The notes: generated by a model from the sequence alone, not told the origin. Counted from the first letter of the whole stretch, positions 49,812 to 62,329 are shown. The stretch is 63,465 nucleotides of DNA, filler included, from Octopus bimaculoides (GCF_001194135.2; 5 parts of 5 records of this genome joined end to end with filler, not necessarily neighbours in it); one strand, 5' to 3'. A program made the numbers and translations.

Positions 49812-50382
49812 CAGAAGGTGGTAGTGACATACATCGACATACAGTGCTTGACTGATACTTAATCTATCGACCCCAAATGTATGAAAGGCAGACCAACTTT
49901 ATAACAAAAGCTTGTTCTTTACTAAGTTGTATGTGTTTCATGCATATCATGACCGAAGGCATTGAAAATCTTCATCCAAGTGAAAAATAATGGATTTCTC
50001 GAATAAAGAATTTAACGCAACTTTAAATGAATAGCGAGCAAGAATCAAAGACAAGATCAAAGTTTTAATCTCCTACATAAATAATGTTTCTTTGTCTTTA
50101 GTCTTTTTCTACTTATTTCAGCTATTCTGTCTATTCCATTAAAATTTTCTGCTACAAAACTCACAGAAACTACGATAAAAGAAATTTCATACGTCTGGTA
50201 ATATAATAGAGCAAAATTTAAACTTCTTCCTGTACCTAATCTGTTCAAACAGTCGAACAAAATAATGAGATAACGAGAAAAAAAAATGAAACAAAAACAT
50301 CAAAGATGTTCTCTAAGTCTCCTTAAGTCTTCTTAAATATTTTACGTTTGAATTTGTATAGAAAGATAAGTATGTTGATAGC

Positions 50383-50453
<71 letters not shown>

Positions 50454-50788
50454 CCTCGTATTAGTTTGCACATATAGGTCCAGGATTAGGTAGGCGTGTA
50501 GATGTACCTAAAAGTTTTAAGTGTTGTTTCAGTTCACATACAGACACATATTAGATATACTGTTGCTAATTGATACACTTGTTGCTTATACACAACCACA
50601 TAATCTTGTATATGTAACAATACCCAATTCTAAGAATTTCAATGTATTGGAAATATTTTAAACCATTGCTGAAGNNNNNNNNNNNNNNNNNNNNNNNNNN
50701 NNNNNNNNNNNNNNNNNNTTAATTAATTAANNNNNNNNNNNNNNNNNNNNNNNNNNNNNNNNNNNNNNNNNNNNCTTCCGATCTGCAG

Positions 50789-50938
50789 AAGGCCCGAAAT
50801 TTTTGTAGCTAATTTATCGATCCTGATTTGATGAAAGGCAAAGTCGATCGCAGTGAAATTTGAACTCAGAACAAAGACAGACGAAATACCGCTAAGCATT
50901 TCGCCCGGTGTGCTAACGATTCTGTTAGCTTGCCGCCT
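50789..50938 (-). mobile_element. SINE family A
   Basis: gatgaaaggcaaagtcga...tttgaactcagaac...aataccgctaagcatttcgcccgg.gtgctaacg. Confidence 0.85.
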
Positions 50939-50989
50939 TATTGTGTTATATAAATATTGACCTGCCTACTCGTTAAGGGATCTAACGAT

Positions 50990-51230
50990 GGTTCGTCATT
51001 TCAAGCACTCGCCTTGTTAGAAATAGCAACCAAGTACCTCTCAAGCCAAGTCAAGCGCTACAGTCTTAAATAAAGTTGGGACATGTAAGATAATGGAGTT
51101 CCCTGACATACATGATGTCTTGAAAAGAAGAATAATGAAAGATAAAAGAAAAGGCTTAATGGTCTCAACTAAAATTCTGCTCAGTGTGTGCTGGCCTGGG
51201 GCTAAAAAAACAACTGAAAGAATAAACAAA
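50990..51230 (+). mobile_element. Decayed repeat family H (related fragments at ~5440-5600 + and ~46030-46130 -)
   Basis: Shared degenerate motif ttagaaatag.a.c...ctccctcaaat. Low identity. Confidence 0.4.
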
Positions 51231-51249
51231 TTTTAAAAAACACACCACC

Positions 51250-51660
51250 TCCTTCATGTTTATTTTACTCTCCCTCTCCTCCTCACTCTTCCTTACTCTC
51301 CTTCTCCTTTTACTCTTTCACCCCCATCTATCTAACTCTCACATTCTTTCTCTTCCTCTCTCCCTCTTTCTCTGTTTCTCTTTTCAACATCTTTTTTATC
51401 TCGTTCAGTAAACATTTTACAACCAGTAAACAAGTTTTTATCTCATCCAGTAACAATTTTTTATCGCATTTGGTAAATATTTTTTTAAATCTTACCTCTC
51501 ATTCCACCTTCCTTTATCACTGTATATCCCTCCTTTTTTATTTCTCTTTCGCTCCCCCTCCCTCACTCTCTTTCCCTCTCCCTCCCTCTCTGTGTCCCTT
51601 TCTCATCCTCACTCTGTCTCTCTTTCCCCGCTCCTTCACTCTCTTTCAGTTTTCTTTTCC
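51250..51660 (+). repeat. Long pyrimidine-rich low-complexity tract
   Basis: The + strand is dominated by C and T. Confidence 0.85.
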
Positions 51661-52335
51661 AAGCATTCAATGCATTCATACGCTGTATGGTTTACAATAT
51701 AAACCATTCGTCTTTAAAGTGTAAATATCTTTGTTATTAATACACGACACCCCGCCACCTACTAAAGGTAAACCTTAAACACACACAAAGAGGAAACACA
51801 TACTCACACGCACGTAACCGCACACTACTACACGATAATACACACGCAAACACATGTTAAAAAAGAAAACCACCTCCATAAATGAAATATATATCATTTG
51901 GTAAACGATATAACATGGCGTTGATAACGTACATTGATAAATATCTTTCTAGGAGTTGGTTTACATTTAATAAAGATTAGATTTTAAATGTCAGACAAAT
52001 ATTGATTGGATTAAATATATTTGGAAAAAAAGAAGGATTGAGATGTTTTCCCATGTGTACGAAAGAACGACGGAATGCATACAAAAATGTATGTTCTATG
52101 TATGTGTATATGCTTTGACATATATACATATATATGTATACATAACATAGATATATGTACGTGTGTATATGTAAGTATGAGTATATATACGTGTGACTGT
52201 GTGTACGTTTGTGTGTGTATGCTTGTGTGTATGTCTGCATGTGAAAATATATGTGTCTGTATTTGCGTAATAGTGTTAACACGAGAACTTAAAAATAGCT
52301 ATTTGAGCAAGACACACGATTTGTGTATATCGGTA

Positions 52336-52509
52336 GGCAGAGGCGTGGCTGTGTGGTAAGAAGCTTGCTTCCCAAACCACATGATTTCAGGTTAAGTCCC
52401 ACTTCGTGGCACTTTGGGCAAGTGTCTTCTACTATAGCCTCGGGCCGACCAAAGCCTTGTGAGTGGATTTAGTAGACGGAAACTGGAAGATGCCCGTCGT
52501 ATATACATC
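52336..52509 (+). mobile_element. SINE module B (tRNA head plus CORE-like segment)
   Basis: ggcagaggcgtggctgtgtggtaagaagcttgcttccc...gtggcactttgggcaagtgtcttctactatagcc. Confidence 0.9.
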
Positions 52510-52769
52510 NNNNNNNNNNNNNNNNNNNNNNNNNNNNNNNNNNNNNNNNNNNNNNNNNNNNNNNNNNNNNNNNNNNNNNNNNNNNNNNNNNNNNNNNNNN
52601 NNNNNNNNNNNNNNNNNNNNNNNNNNNNNNNNNNNNNNNNNNNNNNNNNNNNNNNNNNNNNNNNNNNNNNNNNNNNNNNNNNNNNNNNNNNNNNNNNNNN
52701 NNNNNNNNNNNNNNNNNNNNNGTTGACAAATACAGACACAGAAATACACACACACATATATAAATACAT

Positions 52770-53001
52770 CAGGCGGCGAGCTGGCAGAAGCGTTAGCACG
52801 TCGGCGAAATGCTTAGCGGCATTTCGTCTGTCTTTACGATCTGAGTTTAAATTCCGCCGAGGTTGACTTTGCCTTTCATCCTTTCGGGGTCGATTAAATA
52901 AGTACCAGTTACGCACTGGGGTTGATATAATCGACTTAATTCGTTTGTCTGTCCTTGTTTGTCCCCTCTGTGTGTAGCCCCATGTGGGTAGTAAAGAAAT
53001 A
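52770..53001 (+). mobile_element. Full-length SINE family A (tail A1) with perfect 16-bp TSD
   Basis: TSD ACATATATAAATACAT at 52754-52769 and 53002-53017. Confidence 0.92.
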
Positions 53002-53023
53002 ACATATATAAATACATATATTT

Positions 53024-53121
53024 ACGACGGGCTTCTTCCGGTTTCCGTCTACCAAATCCACTTACAAGGCTTCAGTCGGCCAGAGGCTATAAGTAGAAGA
53101 CACCTGCCCAAGGTGCCACGC
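53024..53121 (-). mobile_element. SINE module B, head missing
   Basis: acgacgggcttcttccggtttccgtctaccaaatccacttacaaggc...cacctgcccaaggtgccacgc. Confidence 0.85.
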
Positions 53122-53735
53122 ATATAGTTGTAGATATCGATGACTGCAGGCCGTATGAGGTTTTTGGCATAAGTTCGTAATTCTCTCCGGCTTTGAGTTT
53201 TGAGGTTTTGTTTTGTTCCTCTATTACTTTTTGGATGTCTGGTGGAAGGTATTGATCAGAATCGTTGTCTAAGTAGATGGTACGTAATTTTCGCTTTACA
53301 TTCCTTTCATCTTTCTACCGCTTTTAGTAGTCTTTTTTTTTTTTTTAATATTTTTTTTTTTAGAAATATCTGATAAGAGAGTCTTTCCTTGGTGTTGCTA
53401 CGTGGGTACATTATCTGATGTTGTTACCGTACTGCGATATTTGTTTATGTTGTCGTTGTTGTTACTGCTAATTACTCTTCATAGCATTTTCCTGTAAGTT
53501 TATTGTGGTTTACGTTGGATCCGAAACTTTACCAGTTTTTCTCTGTTTTCCTTGAGTTTATATATTTATTTTATTATTTCTATCTTTATTTGTTTGATAC
53601 TGACTTTTATTTCAGTTGTATGTTTTTTTTTTATTTGTGCATTGTGTTTGAAGTCGTCTCTATTTATGAGATTGGCTATTTCTGGTGTGTAATGATGGTT
53701 ATATATATATATATATATATATATANNNNNNNNNN

Positions 53736-53768
<33 letters not shown>

Positions 53769-53799
53769 GTTACCTTGTGGGATACGTCTTTTGGATGCA

Positions 53800-54082
53800 T
53801 CTATTATTATGTTGTCGTATGTATATACTGCAATGTCTATATTGGTGATTATATATACTGCGATATCTATGTTGAATGTATATATTACAGCATTCATATC
53901 GTTGAACGCATATACCACAGTGTCTGTGTTGTTTATTGTATACACTGTAGTGTTTATATTGGTGATTATATATACTGCAGCGTCTAAGTTGGTGAATATA
54001 TATATATACTTTAGAGCCTACGACGGTAAATATACCTACTTCACTGTCTATGGTCAGTAAATGTATATACTGCAGCATCTAT
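53800..54082 (+). repeat. Degenerate 27-30 bp minisatellite (tatatactgca..gtctat.ttggtga.ta)
   Basis: About 8-9 diverged units. Confidence 0.75.
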
Positions 54083-54530
54083 AAAAGTTTTGGTTCACTC
54101 TTAGTAGAATTCATTCCAATGTGTTTTTTTTGTGTTTTTGAAGATTTTAAAGGTGATTTTATTTTGAGTATTTGATGTTCGGGTATTTTGTAACGGTAAT
54201 TGAACGGTTTTCTGAGGAAAGTTGGAGAATTTCTTGGCAAGCATTTGTAAAATCTTAAATATGCGCAACAGAATGTTTAAGGAAAAGTTCTAGTTGGTTT
54301 GTTGACGTATGAATTAGGCGAATGGGTATAGATTGTTTATGATATAAAGGAAGTTTAGCGGTGAAATTATTGCATTATACTTTTTATTTTCTGTATCCTT
54401 TCAGTAAGAGATGTTGATTGTATTGAAGTCTTCCGCAAATGTTTGGTGATTGTGAAAGACAGAATTTTGAAGTTGAAATTTGTAATTTCGTGTGGCTTTT
54501 GGCCATTTTGTTGCTAGTGTTTAGTTGAGG
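54083..54530 (-). mobile_element. Possible very decayed LINE endonuclease/linker fragment
   Basis: Minus frames FAEDFNTINIS (GDFN-like) and KIFKNTKKTHWNEFY (K..K...W..F-like). Confidence 0.35.
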
Positions 54531-54616
54531 GCTAACGTAGCACTGTTTCTTCACTTGTTTATTCAGTCAGCAATCTTATTTCTCTGTCTTTCTCTTACTC
54601 TCTCTCTCTCTCTCTG

Positions 54617-54694
<78 letters not shown>

Positions 54695-55866
54695 TCTTCT
54701 TCTTTTCCTTTTCTTCCTGCCACAACTGTTTTTTTTTTCTTCCCAAAAAATGTTTGCTTCTCTTCTTTCTTCCTCCCTCGCTCGATTTTTCTGTAATTCT
54801 AATTCTTCACTTGAACTGTCCGGCTGACATTTCCACACTCTGTTCATGCAAAAACTTTTCTATATCTATATCTTTTTTGCTTTAAATTCTTGCACAGTTT
54901 TATTCTCTCTGAGGCTTAAAACTATTTACATTTTCTCGTCTATTCCCTTTTGTACTCGAAAGACCATTCACTTGTCATATTTTTTTTTTCCGATTCACTT
55001 TATATTTCATCCTATTGCTCTACAGCATGCAACTCTAGCTACTAAATACCGCTAAACGCAGTATTGTACCTCACAAATGTTGGTCACCATACTACTCAGT
55101 TAAGGCCTGATGATGGGTTTCTTTTACCATCTCGTTTGTAATTTCTGCTTGCTCTGTCCTATTTTCTGTGTACATTCTTTTCGTAAGACTTCCCTCTTCT
55201 CCGCCACTCTTCGTCCTCAAATCTTCGTTTTTCGTCATCACGTTTTACTTATGTTTTGTTTTCTATAGCATGTCCTTTCGTCTTTCTCACACATCATAGT
55301 CCAAACCATGAAACAAACACACGCACGTGTTTAAATCTGTTTGCTTCGTTCTACTGATTTTATTTCGAAATACTTCATTTCTAAAATAGTGCCGTTTTCT
55401 ATTAGTTTGCGAATGTTTTTGTAGGACCTGCATATTTGAAGCACGTCGAAGTGTAAGTAAATCACACCATTTCCGTTATTAATAGCCCTCTCTCGATTGA
55501 TTTGAGTACAATTTGAATACTGAGCATTTTAAATTAATGTCATAATGATGTTTTCTAACTCATTCTTCATGTGACTATAAAGTGTCAAGATGTTTACTCC
55601 CTTAAACATGTTTTTAATGCTGTATTTTAGAATTTTTTGATTTTATTGCCAAGTTTGCAAACTTTAGTTTTGTGTGTGACGCATAATTTTTTCATGTGTG
55701 AACCTGTGACGATGTGATTGAAGATAACATCGGTACATCCAGCCTACATCGTGGCTGTTGGTGTTTTTGATGTCATTGTTATTTTCTTATAAAGTGGGGC
55801 ACACAAACATATACATACNNNNNNNNNNNNNNNNNNNNNNNNNNNNNNNNNNNNNNNNNNNNNNNN

Positions 55867-55898
<32 letters not shown>

Positions 55899-55900
<2 letters not shown>

Positions 55901-56062
55901 GACCGGCTTCTTTCAGTTTCCGTCTACCAAATCCACTCACAAGGCTTTGGTCGGCCCGAGGCTATAGGAGAAGATACTTGTGCAAGGTGCTACGCAGTGG
56001 GACTGAACCGGGAACCATGTGGTTAGTAAGCAAGCTACTTACCACACAGCCACTCCTGCGCC
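55899..56062 (-). mobile_element. Well-preserved SINE module B
   Basis: Minus strand ggcgcaggagtggctgtgtggtaagtagcttgc...ccggttcagtcccactgcgtagcaccttgcacaagtatcttct. Confidence 0.9.
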
Positions 56063-56109
56063 TATATAAATACATACATACATACATACATATATATATA
56101 TAGAGAGAG

Positions 56110-56167
<58 letters not shown>

Positions 56168-56699
56168 ATAGATACACTCAATAATTATTCTAAAACTAGA
56201 GATTTCGACACCGCCATATCATTTTCGTTAAGTAGGACGTATAATCATAATGGAATACATTTTCTGCGTGTAATCCTTCCTTTGCCCTCTTTTCTCTATA
56301 TTAATGAATTTTTCTTATGACTTCGGGCAATTATCACACACCTACCCACTCTTAAGTATTCATTCAGACACACCCTTCGGCGTAGACGCCCTTATTAAAG
56401 GTGGTGAATTCTGAGCGTCCTTAGTCACAGATTAACATCCAAGTATATAACCTCAAAAGACTCAAGTGCTCATTACGTCTCATCTTTAAAACACTTCCTA
56501 ATATGGGTTGCTTTTTAGCATGTGTTTTTGTGTATGAGCAATGACACTGTTTATTCAGTTATTTTATATATGTATGTATATTTTTCTGTCTATCCTCATT
56601 CCATATTTAAATACAAAAGGCACACAGACACACAAATACTCACATATATACATACACGCATGTACGATGCATGCATATATATATATGTATATATATATG

Positions 56700-56743
<44 letters not shown>

Positions 56744-58019
56744 ATATATGCATATATATGTATATACATATATATATATATGCATACATATATATATGTA
56801 TATATTTATATATTTATATATATATCTTATATATATATATATATATATATATATANNNNNNNNNNNNNNNNNNNNNNNNNNNNNNNNNNNNNNNNNNNNN
56901 NNNNNNNNNNNNNNNNNNNNNNNNNNNNNNNNNNNNNNNNNNNNNNNNNNNNNNNNNNNNNNNNNNNNNNNNNNNNNNNNNNNNNNNNNNNNNNNNNNNN
57001 NNNNNNNNNNNNNNNNNNNNNNNNNNNNNNNNNNNNNNNNNNNNNNNNNNNNNNNNNNNNNNNNNNNNNNNNNNNNNNNNNNNNNNNNNNNNNNNNNNNN
57101 NNNNNNNNNNNNNNNNNNNNNNNNNNNNNNNNNNNNNNNNNNNNNNNNNNNNNNNNNNNNNNNNNNNNNNNNNNNNNNNNNNNNNNNNNNNNNNNNNNNN
57201 NNNNNNNNNNNNNNNNNNNNNNNNNNNNNNNNNNNNNNNNNNNNNNNNNNNNNNNNNNNNNNNNNNNNNNNNNNNNNNNNNNNNNNNNNNNNNNNNNNNN
57301 NNAAAAAAAAAAAAAAAAAAAAAAAAAAGTACAAAGCCAACCAAAACAAAAATAATAAAAAGAAATAGAAAATACAAAATAAAAAAAAAAAACTTCTACC
57401 AAAACCAACCTACGAACCAACCAAGCAGGCAACCAATACAAACAACAAGCAACACTCAAAACAAAAGTATTATGATTTTTTTTTTCGGTTAAAAATGCAA
57501 ATTTCTATATCAAAACATGTCCCTGAATACATTTTTTCTTGTTTTTCTCCAAAATAAATACACAGCATGAATGCCGAAACGAAATAAAATAAAAACAAAA
57601 TAAAAACAAACTACAAACAGAAAACGTAAATGAAATACAAAAAAAAAAAGGAAAAACTAAAGGCAAAAAAATATAATGATAAATATAGAAAAAAAAAACC
57701 GAATGAATAAACAAATACACGAATAAGAGAGTTACAGAGGAATCGATGGTAACATTTTGGGTGAAGAGGAAATTGTTTCCTGAGCGCTACGGACAGCGAA
57801 TGCAAATCAGGATTGCCTCGTGATCAGCAGAAATCAATAATCAATGATCAGCACATTGATAATAAAAGAACATAAAAATAATATAAATAAAAATAAGAAT
57901 ATCATAAGAAGAAAAAATACTCAAACAAATAAAAGAATAAATACAAGAAGGAAAGAAAGAATGAAAGCAAGAAAATGACAGAGTAGGCGAGAGACAAGAG
58001 ACAGCCATGAGAGAGAGCG

Positions 58020-58103
58020 AACGAGAGACAGACTGACAGACAGACAGATAGACAGACAGATAGATAGATAGATAGATATATAGATAGACATATAGATAGA
58101 CAT

Positions 58104-58134
<31 letters not shown>

Positions 58135-58215
58135 TATAGATAGATATATAGATAGACATATAGATAGACATACGGATAGACATATAGATAGATAGATATA
58201 TAGACATACAGATAG

Positions 58216-58298
<83 letters not shown>

Positions 58299-58320
58299 GA
58301 AGAGAAGGAGAGATGTAGAA

Positions 58321-58381
<61 letters not shown>

Positions 58382-58466
58382 GAAGAGAGGAAGAGATGTA
58401 TAGATAGATAGATAGATAGAGAAGAGAGGGAGAGATGTATAGATAGATAGATAGATAGATAGATAG
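58020..58466 (+). repeat. Complex (GATA)/(GACA)/(CA)/(TA) microsatellite block
   Basis: Direct reading of the sequence. Confidence 0.95.
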
Positions 58467-58949
58467 AACGAGAAAGAAAGTCATTAGCAGTCCATGAAGA
58501 TGTGAAGTTTTTTTTTGTTTTTTTGTTTGTTTTGATGTGTTATTAATATTATTATCATTATTATTATTAGGTGTTTTTTTTGGGCTGATTTTGACATTTG
58601 TTATTGTATATAAATTGCAGCTTGATTGTCGTCAGTGGGCAAAGGGTTCCTTGTTTGTTTGTTTGTTTGTTGACGCTGCAGACCAGTTCCGGTCAATAAA
58701 AGAGAGAGAAGCCATAGCTATCAATAATCATACAGAGCACACTAACAGTAGAAATAATGAACGTACCGGAGCAGACATCAGGAGGGAAATAAAAAAAAGC
58801 AACAACAACAAAGAATGAGAAAGGTTATTGCATATATAGATAGACGTGGCTGAGGGGCAAAGAAGGCGGCTTTGCAATCATGAGTTCCAAGGTTCGATCA
58901 CAGTGCATGCTATTTGGAATAGAATGGTAATATTTATTCCCCCGACTAA

Positions 58950-59170
58950 AGGATGCGAGCTGGCAGAATCGTAAGCACCCCGGGCAAAATGTTTAACGGC
59001 ATTTTTCGGCCGTACTCACGTTTTGAGTTCAAATTCCGCCGTAGTCGACTTTACCTTTCATCCTCTCGGTGTCGATAAAATAAGTGCCAGTTGAACGCTG
59101 GTGTCGATATTATCGACTCATTCCTTCCTACAAAATTGCTGGCCTTGTGCCAAAATTTGAAATCAGTATT
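58950..59170 (+). mobile_element. SINE family A
   Basis: Head gcgagctggcagaatcgtaagcac, central gtcgactttacctttcatcc, tail ggccttgtgccaaaatttgaaatc. Confidence 0.85.
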
Positions 59171-59290
59171 TGGACTCATCTTAGGGCAACGAGCTGGCAC
59201 AATCGTTAGCACGCTGGACAAAATGTTCTTTGTTCAAATTCCTCCTTTCATCCTTCTTGGGTCGTGTAAAGCTGGTTCGGTTTGGAAAAT

Positions 59291-59496
59291 ATTGATTTCA
59301 AATTTCGGTATAAAGCCAGTAATTTCGGGGGAGGGTTAGTCGATTATATCGACCCCAGTGCCAAACTGGTACTTAATTTATCGACCCCGAAAGAATGAAA
59401 GACAAAGTCAAACTCGGTGGAGTTTGAACCAGAACGAAAAGACAGACGAAATACTGCTAAGCATTTTGCCAGACGTGCTAACGACTGTGACAGCAC
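59291..59496 (-). mobile_element. SINE family A, inverted relative to 58950-59170
   Basis: The reverse complement matches the head, central domain and tail. Confidence 0.85.
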
Positions 59497-59568
59497 TTTG
59501 CTTTTGATTTGATAAATATTGGTTACAACTTTTGTCACAAAGCCATACATTTCGAAGGAGGGTAAAGT

Positions 59569-59704
59569 GGTTCTTATTTTATGAACTCCAAAATAATGAA
59601 AGGTAAAGTCGACCACGGTGGAATTTTAACTCATAACGTTCAGACGTACACAATACTGCTAAGACTTTTGCTGCCCGGTGTGCTATCGATTCTGCCAGCA
59701 CGTC
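59569..59704 (-). mobile_element. SINE family A fragment
   Basis: atgaaaggtaaagtcgaccacggtggaattttaactc...cgattctgccagc. Confidence 0.75.
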
Positions 59705-59885
59705 AGTTTCTTCAACTTGATTAAATACTACGTGAAGCGTACACGAGTTTATGAAATATTTAACCATACATACTTCAAATTAAGTTATACGTGCAGTTAG
59801 CCAAACAACTGATTGCACGTCGACGAAACCAATGGAGAATGCATAATAGAGACAATAGTGGGAAAGAGAGAGAGAGTGTGTATGT

Positions 59886-59947
<62 letters not shown>

Positions 59948-60319
59948 AACAAAATGGCTGAAGATAAACGGGATTGTTCTTGATATATATTGTTTATTTT
60001 TGTTAGTTATTTTATATTTCGTCTTCTTAGAACAAGAGTTATTGAACATAGATACTCGATGTCTTTTACAGGTCCTGTACATCATAGAATATATTGTCTA
60101 ATTATTCCTCTCCTGAAAGAATAATTAGGAGTTTAGCATATAATTTGGCAGTTATTTCTAACATGTCGCTCACCCACTGGGAGTTCTTCCTCGTATGCTT
60201 ATTATTTCTGTCTATAATTTTGTTTAATTGTGGTTTACTGTTTATTTATTTTTACTGTTTTCGATACATGTGTAACTTTCTGATCCTTTGACCATCTGGC
60301 TATGTTTCCCGTTTATCTG

Positions 60320-60379
<60 letters not shown>

Positions 60380-60584
60380 AGTAAAAATAAGAATGGTGCG
60401 TAGCGTTACATTGAATAATAAATTCCGAAATTTAAACAGAAACACTACAAAGGAAGTAACACTAAATTCAAACACGACAGCGAACGATGCTCATTCCTCG
60501 TCAGATGTATGTGTCTTTGTACTGTTCTAAAGAGTATCGTAAAATTGAGACGTGTTACTAAACACGAAACTCATTTGCGGTCAT

Positions 60585-60819
60585 TAAGGTGGTGCGCTGG
60601 CAGAAACGTTAGCACGCCGGGCGAAATGCATAGCGGTATTTCGTGCGTCTTTACGTTCTGAGTTCAAATTCTGCCGAGGTCGATTTTTGCCTTTCATACT
60701 TTCCGGGTCGATTAAATAAGTATCAGTTACGCACTGGGGTTGATATAATCGACTTAATCCGTTTGTATGTCCTTGTTTGTCCCCTCTGTGTGTAGCCCCT
60801 TGTGGGCAGTAAAAAATAA
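60585..60819 (+). mobile_element. Full-length SINE family A (tail A1) with 19-bp TSD
   Basis: TSD GAAACTCATTTGCGGTCAT (60566-60584) / GAAACTCATTTGCGATCAT (60820-60838). Confidence 0.92.
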
Positions 60820-61094
60820 GAAACTCATTTGCGATCATCATACGCCAAGATGGACTTACCCTGATGTAGGGATAAAGCAAACTAGAAACTAATCAGAATG
60901 TACAGTAATTATCTTCTTTTATTGGATCGCCATTAGTTTTGACGATGAGAACTCAGTTATTGTTTGATCAACTCAGTTCCTTCGTGTACCAAGGTGCAAG
61001 TGCCTGAATATTCCATAGAAAGGTGTATCCTCTTTAATATAACTCTCGAACAAAATCAGTGTAATATATAAGGTGTGACAATGCTGTATACTTC

Positions 61095-61230
61095 CAGTTA
61101 CAATCAACTTTGCCTTTTACCTTTTCGGGGTTGATAAATTAAGTACCAGTTGAGTACTTGGGGTCGATCTAATCGACTAGCACCCTCCCCAAAAATTTCG
61201 GGCCTTGTGCCTAGAGTAGAAAAGAATTAC
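61095..61230 (+). mobile_element. 5'-truncated SINE family A (tail A2)
   Basis: actttgcctttt...gataaattaagtaccag...tttcgggccttgtgcctagagtagaaaagaat. Confidence 0.85.
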
Positions 61231-61626
61231 AGTTACAGTCCATCTCATGGGCTTCAATGCTGTTTTCCTCTACCCCTTTTTCACTCCTTATGTTAGGGCT
61301 GGAAAATATCATTCACTCATGATTCCGTGCAGTAGGATCGAAACTGGCACCGTGCTGCTGCGAGGCGAATTTCTTAGCCATTTGAAAACATTGCTTCTAT
61401 ACATACTTATATGCACACATACTTACATTTGCGTGCGGCCGCATACACACACATACATGCACACGCTCAAACACACGTACACACACAGACACGTAACAAC
61501 ATGTTTATATATATATATATATATATNNNNNNNNNNNNNNNNNNNNNNNNNNNNNNNNNNNNNNNNNNNNTTAATTAATTAANNNNNNNNNNNNNNNNNN
61601 NNNNNNNNNNNNNNNNNNNNNNNNNN

Positions 61627-61745
61627 TGTTATGGTAGTAGAAACTTTTGCACTTCGTTCAAAATTTGGATCTTGTGGTTGAAAAATAAAACTCGTAAACC
61701 TGGGGTCTCGTAAAGCGAGTCCTCGTAAAGACAGGTTTTATTGTA
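61627..61745. mobile_element. Right end of a pogo/Tigger-like MITE
   Basis: Three ctcgtaaa sub-repeats ending cctcgtaaagacaggttttattg|TA. The left end is presumably lost in the join. Confidence 0.4.
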
Positions 61746-61911
61746 TATATGTATATATATATATAATTTCCAGTATTCAAGAGAATCAGGTAGTTAAATA
61801 GTAAAGCACCAAGTCAGGTCGGAGATAGTGTTACAAACAATATTTAAGTACAAATACATACTTACCAAAATAAATACGGATTTGTACTTCGGTTGTATAC
61901 ATATACCGTTT

Positions 61912-62126
61912 ATCTTTTACGTGTTTCAATCATTAGACTGCGGCGATGCTAGGCCGCAGTCTAATGAAAGAATTTTAGTCGAATGAATCAACCCTAGTAC
62001 TTATTGTTTTGTTAAGCGTAGTACTAACTCTATGGATCTCTTTTGCCAAAACCGATAGATTACAGTGACGTAAACACACCATCACCGGTAGTCAAGCGGT
62101 GGTGAGGGACAAACACAGACACAAAG

Positions 62127-62175
<49 letters not shown>

Positions 62176-62329
62176 TGACTTCTTTCAGTTTCCGTCTACC
62201 AAATCCACTCACAAAGCTTTAGTCAGCCTGAAGCTATAGAAGAAGATACTTGCCCAAGGTCCCACGCAGTGGGTCTGAACTCAAAACTATGTGGTTAGGA
62301 AGCAAGTTTTAACCCACACACCCACGCCT
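61912..62329 (-). mobile_element. Composite SINE BC, near full length
   Basis: C module, then (CA)n at ~62130-62172, then B module. Confidence 0.9.

Noticed and set aside
4609-57492. Dozens of long ORFs in the track containing X runs or YIYI/HTHT/CVCV/LSLS/IYLS repeats
   Set aside because: They are open only because they cross N gaps or stop-free microsatellites, and show no protein-like content.
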